DNA from: Negaprion brevirostris
Taxonomy: Eukaryota
Direction: 5' to 3'
Length of the DNA stretch: 64,000 bases
Assembly: GCA_030324005.1 (NCBI GenBank)
Contig: JARDVH010000133.1
Coordinates: 42,275,810 to 42,339,809, forward strand
In this document: piece after piece, positions 37,817 to 48,960 of the stretch
Numbering within the stretch: the first letter of the stretch is position 1
Layout of the letters: every line of letters starts with the position of its first letter
Translations under genes and position numbers: made by a program
Notes under the pieces: model-generated
Database searches by the model: none
What the model was told of the DNA's origin: nothing
Seen by the model: the letters and a program-made list of their open reading frames with translations, nothing else

Positions 37817-38010
37817 AGTGCGGCACTCCCTCAGCGCTGACCCTTTGACAGTGCAACACTCCCTCAGCACTGACCTTCTGACAGTGCGGCACTCCCTCAG
37901 CACTGACTCTCTGACAGTGCGGCACTCCCTCAGCACTGACCCTCTGACAGTGCGGCACTCCCTCAGCACTGACCTCCTGATAATGCAGTACTCCCTCAGC
38001 ACTGACTCAC
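37817..38010. repeat. 33-bp minisatellite, about 6 copies
   Basis: Unit agtgcggcactccctcagcactgaccctctgac; explains the 11-aa periodic spurious ORFs. Confidence 0.95.
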
Positions 38011-38959
38011 TGATTATGATTGAAGAATGAGTGAGTATTATGGACAGATTTGAATACTCTCTGACTTGTTGGTGCTGATACCTGATTCCTGGTACCTGAA
38101 TGTTCAGATTGTCAAAATGCTTGTTGAGTCGGCAGTATCAATGGCACTTACAGCCTCAGCTTCTTGACGAGAAGAGGAGAGGAAATTGGAAAGAGGTAGA
38201 AAAGGGAAAGAGATAAGGTGACAGCAGAGACAGAAATACGCAGCCTGAACTGAGTGAGCAGACTGAGAGAGAGTCTGCAGTCAGTGAGATTGTAATGCTG
38301 TGACACAGCACTCACTGGCAGAGGCAACACTGAACCAGCAAATCTACAAATTGACTTTAATTGCTTTTAAATGGTAACGTGTGACAAAGAAATAGGCAGA
38401 AGTTGCTGGGGGACTACAAACACCATTAGCTGAGGAAAATCAATGATGTTGTGAAGGTGGCAGTCTCTGGAATTGTTGCCACCTCCCTGCACACTACATT
38501 CAGTGGGGCTGTCCGGGAGGGAGGACTTTGACTGCAAAATCAATACCGTGGGGCCAGTTAGTAACTTCAGCAAGAAGACTAAAATCTTGCATGTGAAAAT
38601 CCTTGCAGCTCTGCAACAAGCTGCAATTAAAATAGAAATACAAATGGTCCTTTCCTCTTTGGGGAGATAATAACTCATGTAAGATAAAAGGCGGAATAGC
38701 TACACCAACTAAAAGTTCAACTCATACCTTTATGTCAAGTTCCTTCCATAGAAGCCAAAAAGGTGACACTGACAATACTTCAGACTGAGAAAATAAGAAA
38801 ATCATCTGAAAGATTTTCTCAAGACTGCAAATTCCTTTTAGCTTTCTGTGGAGTCTTGCTGCAATGTATGCAAGGAAGAGATGTAACATGATGTAGAGTG
38901 GAAACAATGAAGCAGCCGCATGAGAGACAATAAAATTACATTTGTTTATCAAGTGTTCC

Positions 38960-41958
38960 AGAGTGTCATGACGAGGATAGTGGACATGCGTCTGTTAAGC
39001 TGCTCGTAAGAAGCTTCAGCACAGAAAAGTCAGAAAATGGGAAACTACACACATTGCTGTCTATGGGGAAAATCAATTGGCTAGTGTGAGTATGAATAAC
39101 AGAAACTTGTCTGACAACATTCGAGAGCTGGCTGCAGTGAGTGACAGACTGAAGTTAATGCCTTGAGTAAATGGTAAAACAGAGGCAGCTGCTGGAAACA
39201 CGATTGCAAAATATGCACAAGGGAAACACACGAGTAAAAATGATTTTTTTTAACATCATTGGAGTTTTTAATGAGAATATGGAGCAGCGGAGCTCTTTTA
39301 CTGAGCACTTAGATTATTTGGTGCTGGTGAATAAAATAGAAAAGACATTACGGTGCCCACTTTCCTGAGCATGATGGAAGGAAATACNNNNNNNNNNNNN
39401 NNNNNNNNNNNNNNNNNNNNNNNNNNNNNNNNNNNNNNNNNNNNNNNNNNNNNNNNNNNNNNNNNNNNNNNNNNNNNNNNNNNNNNNNNNNNNNNNNNNN
39501 NNNNNNNNNNNNNNNNNNNNNNNNNNNNNNNNNNNNNNNNNNNNNNNNNNNNNNNNNNNNNNNNNNNNNNNNNNNNNNNNNNNNNNNNNNNNNNNNNNNN
39601 NNNNNNNNNNNNNNNNNNNNNNNNNNNNNNNNNNNNNNNNNNCCCCAGTCTTGTGAAACCTGATAAGCCAGGCACTAAGATACCCAAGCAAGCTGTGGGA
39701 ATTTTGCAAGCACATTTTACACTAAATCTCTGGTGAGTGCAGAGCACTTTGGATTCCATAAAAAAGATCGGAGGAGGGGGAGCCAATTTCACAATTTATT
39801 GCAAAGCTCAAGAGACTTGCAGGATATTGTGAATTTGGAGAGATGCTTAATGACACTATTCGAGAAAGATTTGTTTGTGTCATTTGCAATGAAGTAACAC
39901 AAAAACGCCTATTCACTGAGTAATCCCACTCTGCAGAACTCCACTGAAATCATTGTTTTTATGGAGCTAGCTGGAAAAGGAAGCCAGCAATTCACTCAGC
40001 TGCACAAAACGCTTGTTGAATCAACACCCAAAGCAGCGGGTGCACATAGATGTTACTGGTGCAAAATCAGGGTATACTGCTGTTAAAAGCTGATACAATG
40101 ACATGGAATGTCAAAGCGGTGGCAAAAAAAGGACAGTGCTTTTCATTCCTGCAAGCACAAACTAAAAAAGGATAAAAAGCAGGGAAAAACCAAGACAACA
40201 TTTAAATAAAAGAAACGTCCACACTGCACAACTGAGTCAACAGTTAAGTGTCACACTGTCAACAGGAAGAGCTATCACAACAGGCGCTAGCCATCACCAG
40301 TACTGCACACACATTATGGGCCACTCGACTGCTGGAAGGCCAGCCAGGATGGAAGTTGACATTAGGGTAGATGTCTCACTGGTGCCAAAGAGAATCTACA
40401 ATGAGAAATTCCCATTATGTTCCCTTAAGGTCATCAAGGATGGTGCTGGTACACAGGAATAAACTAACCAAATGCTTCAACCAAACTCTGAAATATACTT
40501 TTAAAAAAAAAGGTTTACTTATCCAACGCCTCAACAAATTCTTGTTGGTCTACTGAAACATCACACATGCTACAACCAAGACCTTGCCTGCATTACTCAT
40601 GACGAAAAGGCAGTTGCGTTCTGCATTTGACCTTCTAAAACCTCCAAAAAACCAATAAGATTTTGAGACAACACAAGCACAAGTGGAACAGTTTGAAAGC
40701 AAAGCAAAGCAAGCAGTTTTCCACCAGGAACAAGAAGTTTTGGCTAGGAAGTACTCCTTGGGAGAAATGGATTCTGGCCACAGTCATTGCACAAACAGAA
40801 TCTGTCTTTTACACAATCCAGACCTCAGATGACATCTGGAGGACTCTTGCAGACCAGTTACTGGCAGGAAAAACAGATCCGCTAAAATTGGAGCCTGTTG
40901 AGAATTCAGGTTCAAACTTACCAAGTCAGGACTTAATTGCAACCCCAATACCATCAGATACTGTTGAGGAATTCAGTACCTCACCCTCTGTTACGCTGCA
41001 GAGACAACCTCCAATTCCCATGTCAATGCCTGTTAAACCAACCATCACTGACGTCATGTGGACAGCAGTGGTACAATGGTTAGCATTGCTGCCTCAGTGC
41101 CAGAGACCTGGATTCAAGTCCAGCCTCAAGTCACTACTTGTGTGGCATTTACACATCGCACTGTGGGAGGAAACCGGAACATCCAGCGGAAACCCACACA
41201 GACACAAAGATGTGCAGGCTAGGCTGATATGCCATGCTAAATTGACTCTAATGTTAGGGGGACTAGGAGGATAAATGTGAGAGGTTACGGGAGTAGGGCG
41301 TGGGTGGGATTGTGGTCGGTACAGATTTTATGAGCCAAATGGTTTCCTTCTGTTCTGTCAGGATTCTATGATCAATATGAAGATGAAAATGCCTGCAGTT
41401 CGCCATCGACTGTTCTGAGTGATTACCTTCAGACCACATGAACTTATAGTAATGACTAACCCACCGACTATTGTTTATGTTGATTTGTTTTGAGGATTTC
41501 AAATTAAGCAGGGGGCGGGGGGTGGTGGGTGGTGGTGTCGGGGAGGAGGAGAATGTTACATGTTTGTCTTTTTTGACTCACTGTGGTTCCTTGCTGTAAT
41601 ATATTCAAGGAAATGGTGCATGACATGTGGATCATGTAACAAGAAGCAACAAGTATGAGTGAGCACACACCACACTAAAAAGTTACATTTAGTTTGTGTT
41701 CCTGAGTCATTTTTAAAATACACNNNNNNNNNNNNNNNNNNNNNNNNNNNNNNNNNNNNNNNNNNNNNNNNNNNNNNNNNNNNNNNNNNNNNNNNNNNNN
41801 NNNNNNNNNNNNNNNNNNNNNNNGCTGTAATATATTCAAGGAAATGGTGCATGCCATGTGGAGCAGGGAACAAGAAGCAACAAGTATGAGAGAGAACACA
41901 CCACAATAAAAAGTTACATTTAGTTTGTGTTCCTGAGTCATTTTTCAAATACACAACA
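38960..41958 (+). mobile_element. Internally deleted, decayed Gypsy-like LTR retrotransposon
   Basis: gag-like IAKLKRLAGYCEFGEMLNDTIRERFVC; degenerate protease MEVDIRVDVSLVP; integrase tail QRLNKFLLVY*NITHATT...LRSAFDLLKP and KWILATVIAQ; purine tract followed by an LTR tgtt(41554)...aaca(41958). Confidence 0.8.
41062..41370 (+). mobile_element. V-SINE inserted in the Gypsy remnant, with an internal inversion
   Basis: Head and tail are on +, while 41161-41205 is the V-domain in reverse orientation. Confidence 0.85.
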
Positions 41959-44900
41959 CTCATGACCTCAAATTACACTGGAATATGAGCATTCAAATTC
42001 ATAATATATCTGTCTGAAACCCTTAGCTAACTTAAAATAAATAGATAACATGCTTTGCTAAAATAGCATAATGGGAACACAAATTAAATGTGCATATTCA
42101 ATCCACCACCAACACTGCCCCTCCCACCCCCAGTGTAACTTCCAAAGGCAAGAAAGTTCAGCACTTTAGTAGGATTGTGTTGTTTAATCGCCGATGAAGT
42201 ATTCTTTCTCTCTTCTAAAGTACATACCTCAACATGCTGTTAAAAATACTGACAGGTCACTCAACAGAATAGATCTCTGGGGCTAGCATGATTATCTGTA
42301 CGTTTTTCTTTCTGTCTTTACTTTGGTTTGCCAGTCATTTAACATCAGAATTAAAAACAGCACTCAATTTATTGACTAATTATAATGATAAAAAAGGCTG
42401 TCAATGAGCTTCCAAAGCAAATCAAATCCAAGTCTGTTTGCATAATCATTTGAGCATCAAATTGCAGGATTCAGGCCTTGCCAAATGAATTACTATATTC
42501 TATAATCAAATATAATATAATTATATGCATGCCTCTCTGGATTACATTATTTCCTTAAAATAATATTAAATTACTCTATATATGTACAGGTTTTAAAGTG
42601 GAAGACTTCTCAAAGGTAAATCCAACAGCACTTCTGGTAAGATTTAGCATTTTCATTCCAATATTAAATTTTCCCACGGATTAATAATAAATTAAGTTCT
42701 TAAGCTAAGGTGCAATAGGAAGCATTTATTTTACAAGTGAAAATAACATTTTAAGAACTGAAAAGGTTAGTCCATAGATTGAGAAATGTAATAGGAAAGA
42801 TCTAAAATCTTAAGGTAATTTGGAATTTCTTGATTCCATCATTAAGCCTAAAGAAGTGAAGAATTCTTATACCCCTCTATAAAATCCATGTTATTTGCTA
42901 ACGTACATCACATTTCAGTTGAATTGAGCCATCTTGTGACTATAAGTTGAACTGTTCTTAATCAATTGGGGTGATTTTGAGCCTGTGTTAGCAGTCAGCA
43001 TAAGAGATAATTCTGGCCCAAAATCCTGCAAGAGTCCGGAAACTAGACTCTTGCTGGCATGAACTTAGTCCATATCTTCCATAGAGTGGCAATCTCCGTC
43101 GAAATATCACTTTTGCCAGACAACTGTAATTACACAGCTCCTGTGTCGCCCAGTGTTCCAGACTGGGGTTGGGTGCAGCACATAGTAACTGAGGTGGACA
43201 ACACCTTTTTACAGCAGCTGCTGTAGCGAGGATATTTAAAGGGACGATTGAGCAAGAAATTTTGGGGAGCGGCTAGTTGGCAATTTAAATCACTTCTGTC
43301 AGATGGTTCGCAGCCCAGTGCCGCTGTCCGGAGGAAGTCAGCACTTGCGGGCAATTATTGGGTAAATTCTTGCATGTAAATTTCCTGCACAGATTTCCCT
43401 GTGCAACACTGGAGTACCCGCAAAATGTGATGCTGGAGATCCCGGAAGCTATATGTCCTTATTTTTCCTGCTCCCCACTAAATGTCCCAATACTTGTGTG
43501 GTGGTGGAGTAGGGTGGCTGGGGGGAGGTTAACGTAAAGCTTGCGAGAGAGGGAATTACTGGGGATGTTTTAGCATTCTGCAACAAGGTCCTGGAACGCT
43601 ATCTCTCCCTGAAAGCTTGAAGACTTACAGCAAGTATGCTTATGGTTGCAAACTGTAATTAAAGTAGCATTTAAGTCTCTAAGAATAATGTTGCTTATTT
43701 GGAAAAGAAACAGTGATAATTTAGAAATTAAAGTTGTTTCCTTTTCATGTTTTAATATTGTTCAACTGTTAACGGTCAAGTTGCTTCATTTGTTAGAGCT
43801 ACATATAAACTGTGTTATTAAATAAAGTTTTTTTTCATGACTAAAAAATCCTACTTGGTCAATCAAATAATTCCTGAAAGGAAGTATACTTTCCTCACAT
43901 TTATGACAAAATAAGAAAACTTGGGTTCTCCTTTGGCTTACTGTACCTTTGGGGTCTTGGTCCTAATCAGAAATCTTAGAGAAAAGTAAGTAAAAGTACA
44001 TTAGCTCCACATAAAATAAACATTTGCAAGGCTAAAATAAATAATTTTCCTGCTCTCCCAAAATTGGAGCTATATTCCTCTCAGATATACCAAACGCCTG
44101 TGGAATAAAGCTGACTTTTTAAACACTCTCCTTAAAGATTAAAAAAAATTATAATATATCTATATCAATTGCATTGCTATCATCACAAAGTTTTTAGGAA
44201 GCTATTCCAGAGGTTTAGAATCTTGGCAGCTGGAGACATCACCACCAATAGTGGTGCAATTTCAAGCACAAATGTTCAAGTGGCCAGAATTGAAGAAACG
44301 CAGGTATCTGAGAACTGTAGGAGATTCCAGAGAGAGAGAGAGGATCCAAGGCCATGTGGAGGTTTGAAAGCAAGGATGAGATTTTAAAGTCACGTAACTT
44401 AACTGGAAGCAAATGAGCAGAGTTCTGGATGACCACAAGTTTAGAGGGTAGTGTGACCGGTTGGCCAATATCGACAGTGACAGCATCAATGAGAATGTTT
44501 AAGGGCTACAATCAAGTATGCTGGGAATTTTGGTCAAGTTGTGTTGAACACAGATGCAAGTAACAGAAGGCTTGTGACCTTTCCTAGGAAATGTGATCTG
44601 GCACTTCCTGTGTTGACTAAATAAGGGTAGTTATTTGGATGACTGCCAAACATCCCAGCGCTAATTATTCCCACCTTATTCCATATGTGGTGAAACAACG
44701 TGACTTACAACTCGGTATATACATTTGGATGTTGATTACAAGCAAATCCATTGGCTACAATCACACTGTGATCAGTTTCCAGTATCAGGCTGAGTGACAG
44801 GGAATTTTCTGGAAGAATGCACAATGTTTAGAATAAAAGACGTGCTTTTGAGCCTTTTTTCTCAGCAGAAACTCGAGAATCACATTTGCAATCTATGCCC

Positions 44901-45246
44901 TGAAGGCAGCCTCAGAGAAGGACAAAGAATAAAAGGAAAATTAGTACTGAAGAGCAGACCTGGCCAGTTCACTCAAATGGTTAGTAGCTGTTTTTAATCA
45001 AAAACTTAAAGTTAAATGAGTTAAAATTAAGCTTCACGTTAAATGAATTAAGCTAATGTTATCATGAATGTAAATCTATGTTGATTATTGGCACTTAACT
45101 CTTTTAATAAAACAGAGGTTTGTTTAAGTGAAATCTGAGTCGACTCTGTTCTTCAATGGTCACACAAAATATTCTCGCCACAAAACAGTAGCATTCAGGA
45201 GGCAGAGAAAATGCTGGAAAATCTCAGCAGGTTTGGCAACATACTA

Positions 45247-45500
45247 ACATAAGAAATAGGAGCAGGAGTAGGCCATCTAGCCCTTCGAGCCTGCCCCGCC
45301 ATTCAATAAGATCATGGCTGANNNNNNNNNNNNNNNNNNNNNNNNNNNNNNNNNNNNNNNNNNNNNNNNNNNNNNNNNNNNNNNNNNNNNNNNNNNNNNN
45401 NNNNNNNNNNNNNNNNNNNNNTCGTCGGCTCCAACACACACTGTTCAAGGAAACTATCCCGGCAGCATTCCAAGAACTCCTCCTCGAGCCCACCGTGTAT
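45247..45500 (-). mobile_element. Young CR1 spanning a gap, inserted in a short Penelope-derived element (about 45200-45690)
   Basis: 3' tail left of the gap; EEFLECCRDSFLEQCVLEPT (endonuclease region) right of it; host arms aatgctggaaaatctcagcagg and cctgctaagattttccagcgtt are inverted. Confidence 0.75.
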
Positions 45501-47119
45501 CTGTATAGAGAGAAAAGAGCCGACATTGAGCCCAGATGACATTTGAGCCCAAATGACCCACAGCTGGGCTTTGACCTCGAAACATCAGATCTTTTCTTTC
45601 CTTACAGATGCTACCAGACCTGCTAAGATTTTCCAGCGTTTTCTCTTTTGGTTTCGGATCCCAGCATCTGCAGTAATTTGCTTTTATTTAGTATTCAGAG
45701 CTTTGCTTTGGAAAAGTGAAGTCTATAGCAATCAAGATGTAGATGAGGGTGTAAGCACCAGATGAGGGGTGGAATCAGGGGATGTTACTGAGATGAATTT
45801 TGATGATGATATGGCTGTCGTCAGAAGCTCACAGATTAAAGATGACAAGATTGCAAACAGTCTGGTTCAGCCTCGGACAGCTGTCAGTGAGCGTAATGAA
45901 GTCAGTGTCTAGAGGATGAGACTTGTGGCAGGGACTAAAGACAACAGTTTTGGTTTTCTGTGTTTATTCAGAGGAAATATTTGCTCATCCAAGCAGTCTG
46001 ACAGTTCAGAAACACAGTGGGGGCAGTGATGAGGTTGAGCTGGGTGATATCACCAAGAAACAACACATGCTAGAGAAATGTACACAATGAGTTAAATCTA
46101 AGCGTTATACACATTCCCATACTGATAAATGCAAAACGGTCTCAGATGCACCACAGCATTCATATTCCATTATGTCAAAACTGCAAATAAAAGTTACTTG
46201 TACGTAACCTGACAGCTGTAAGGAGAAATTCAAAAGATGTACACATTATATAGGTCATCATAGCTCTTCAGACTAATTTTGCAAGACATGTTTGTATTAG
46301 AGTCATAAATAGAATATATTTCATACATCGAGTTGTCAAGACGACATTCAAGCGTTGCACACATTGTTTCCAAGTATTGAGGAGACAAGAGAACTGACAA
46401 TCAAATACTGTGTAATCTCCCAATAAAGCAAAATGGATTCAGGACATCTGAGTTTGTCAGAACATCACAGGAGATATTTCGTCATTTGTCCTTTGTTTAC
46501 CTCACCTGAGTTCTATTTCACTGAACAGCAGTCCAAAATCAAAATGCTCAATTATCTATTCTTTCTCTTCATCACCTGCTCTACAAGTTACACTTTTTAT
46601 TCCTCGCATGGACAACACAGCGGAGCAGGGACAATGCTGCCAATAGCAAGAATGAGCCAGATGTTACATTTTACACAAAATAATTCTCACCTCTTGATTA
46701 TTCTGATTAAAAACTCCATGTGGAGATGAACCAGGGTGAACCCACATCCTATTATGCTCTGGCACAGCATCTTGGATCAACAGTGTTCTGAAATCTCAAG
46801 GCTAGCTTGTTCTCACATTATTAAACTGCACGGATATTTTGTTGATTCCACTGCAAAGCCAAAAGGCTGGTTAAGATTACATTAATGAAAGGAAACAGTA
46901 ATTTTAGCTTTCCAGTTTGATCTGAGGGATGACAGTTGTTGGGTAAATTGCTGTTTCGGAGAGCTGGTGCACTTGATGGGCCAATTGGTCTCCTTCTGCA
47001 CTGTAGGGATTGATGATTCTTGCTTTTAGATGATGCATCTTTAAGGATAATATACATCATTTCAACAACCTCAACTTGCTGCCACTAAAGAGCAATGTAT
47101 AAGCTTAATTTATATTTGT

Positions 47120-48065
47120 GTGTTAAGAAAGGTGGAACATGATTCTAGATTCAGTTAGAACTTCTTTTTTGGTGGGCTTGGTGCCAGGAAGCCTGAGGCC
47201 CTATTAGTATATAAGCATTTTAATGAGATTGTATAATGCTTGAAGTGAAGAGGTGGGTGACAAAGGGATTAGTAGTTTAGTGAATTTAGTGAACAAATGA
47301 AAAGTAGAAAATCTGTGCAGTTGCCTAGCGACAAGGGTCCATGGAGACACAGAGAAAGGCAGAGGGCAGTTCAGTCAATGTGTACCAAAGAGTGAAGGCA
47401 GAAGTTCTAAACCCTTTAGTAAGAAATTCTGCAAGGCTGCTGAGGACTTTAATTTAGTCAACTTGTGTTGGCTCTGAAGTGCCAGTAACAGGGTTCAGAT
47501 NNNNNNNNNNNNNNNNNNNNNNNNNNNNNNNNNNNNNNNNNNNNNNNNNNNNNNNNNNNNNNNNNNNNNNNNNNNNNNNNNNNNNNNNNNNNNNNNNNNN
47601 ATTTAGGCAACTTGTGTTTGCTCTGAAGTGCCAGTAACAGGGTTCAGATTGCAGGTTTTATTAGTTGTCTCAGAGAGATAACAGCTGGGGAAAAGCATTT
47701 AGCGAACACTCAAATCTACCGGAAGAAAAAGGTTTGCTGCTGAGCTAGCCCAAGCAAGATGCTGGTAAATCTTCCCTGGGGTTGTGCATCTGTAAGAGCA
47801 TTGCTGGGATAAAAGGAACAGTGGAGAATCCGAATTGTTTTTCTGGCGTTTCTACAGAAATCTTTCTAATGTCTTCGTTTAGTTTAATATAAGCTAATTT
47901 ATCTTGTTTAATAAATACTGTATACAGCATTAAAAGTAAACAGGCAGACTCTTGTGAACGTCTTCAGTAACAAACCTCCGTGGTTTCTTAAAAAGAGAGT
48001 TTGGATCTGTCAAGCCAGGTTTCACTTTGAGATCTGACTTGTCCAGTATTAACTGGCATCATAAA
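47120..48065 (+). mobile_element. Probable solo LTR
   Basis: Starts tgtt; 3' end gccaggtttcact...tctgacttgtccagt is shared with 63652-63686. Confidence 0.55.
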
Positions 48066-48609
48066 ATCACCAGGTTTGCATACTTATGCACTCTGATCTC
48101 TGTTACTGCACATAACTGTCCTAAATGCCAATTGCATTTATGTAGTCTGTTCCAATTTCCAATGCTATCCTTGAACGAACCACTGTTGTCTCTGAGAACC
48201 ATGATAACTTTGAAATTCTTTATCGATCTCCTGGGAACTTGCAGGTTTCTTCTCTACACTCTCCTTTTGCATTACATAAAAGAAATCATCAGTATGGCTG
48301 AGATAGGAACTTACAATGGTAGAATTACATGTACAAAGCTATATCCCAATATTCCGAGCCTTGCAGAATATCAATTCTAATGTAATCCCAGGGTTAAGGC
48401 TTGATCCATTCTAAATGGGAAATTATTGCAATGAGCTCATTTCAACTTTACTGTCATTTAGAATATGCAAGTTCAATGCATTTTACTCACCAAGCTTCTA
48501 AAACTCCTTCCAAGGTCATGCTTAAAATACATTTTTTTCCCCAAACTGAACATGCAACATCTTAATACCTCTTTTTCTCAACTTACAAGCAATGAATATC
48601 CTGTTTTGT

Positions 48610-48960
48610 TTTTTAAAATATGGATGCATTTCCAATAACGTTGCACAAAAGGGATATGTAGAACCTCAATTAAACATCTTCCCAAGTTAGGGGCAGCACA
48701 TTAGCTTGGATAGAGGATTGGCTAATTAGTAGAAAAGAGACTTGGGATGAGAGGGGCATTTTCAGGATGGCAGCCTGTACCTTGTCCAATGCCACAGGGA
48801 TCAGTGCTGGGTCTACAATTATTTTCAATATATATTCATGACATGGGTGTACAATTGTCAAATTTGTGGATGACCCAAGATAGATATAAAGGCCAAGTGG
48901 TGATAATAACAAAAGGAGATGGATATAAAGAAATTGAGTGAGTAGGCAAAAACTTGGCAC
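48610..48960 (+). mobile_element. CR1 RT fragment
   Basis: FSGWQPVPCPMPQGSVLGLQLFSIYIHD (RT motif). Confidence 0.75.

Noticed and set aside
36799-38010. Regular 52-bp and 33-bp arrays as possible CRISPR arrays
   Set aside because: Head-to-tail tandem units with no unique spacers, no cas genes, and a vertebrate intronic context.
40663-41274. 203-aa ORF, the longest in the track, as a nested gene
   Set aside because: Chance fusion of a Gypsy integrase tail with an inserted V-SINE; non-ATG start.
41593-41953. Direct duplication of about 130 bp across a gap
   Set aside because: Near-identical sequence at both gap edges is typical of unmerged contig ends or haplotypes.
47452-47649. 49-bp direct duplication across a gap
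   Set aside because: Same gap-edge overlap artefact (2 mismatches).
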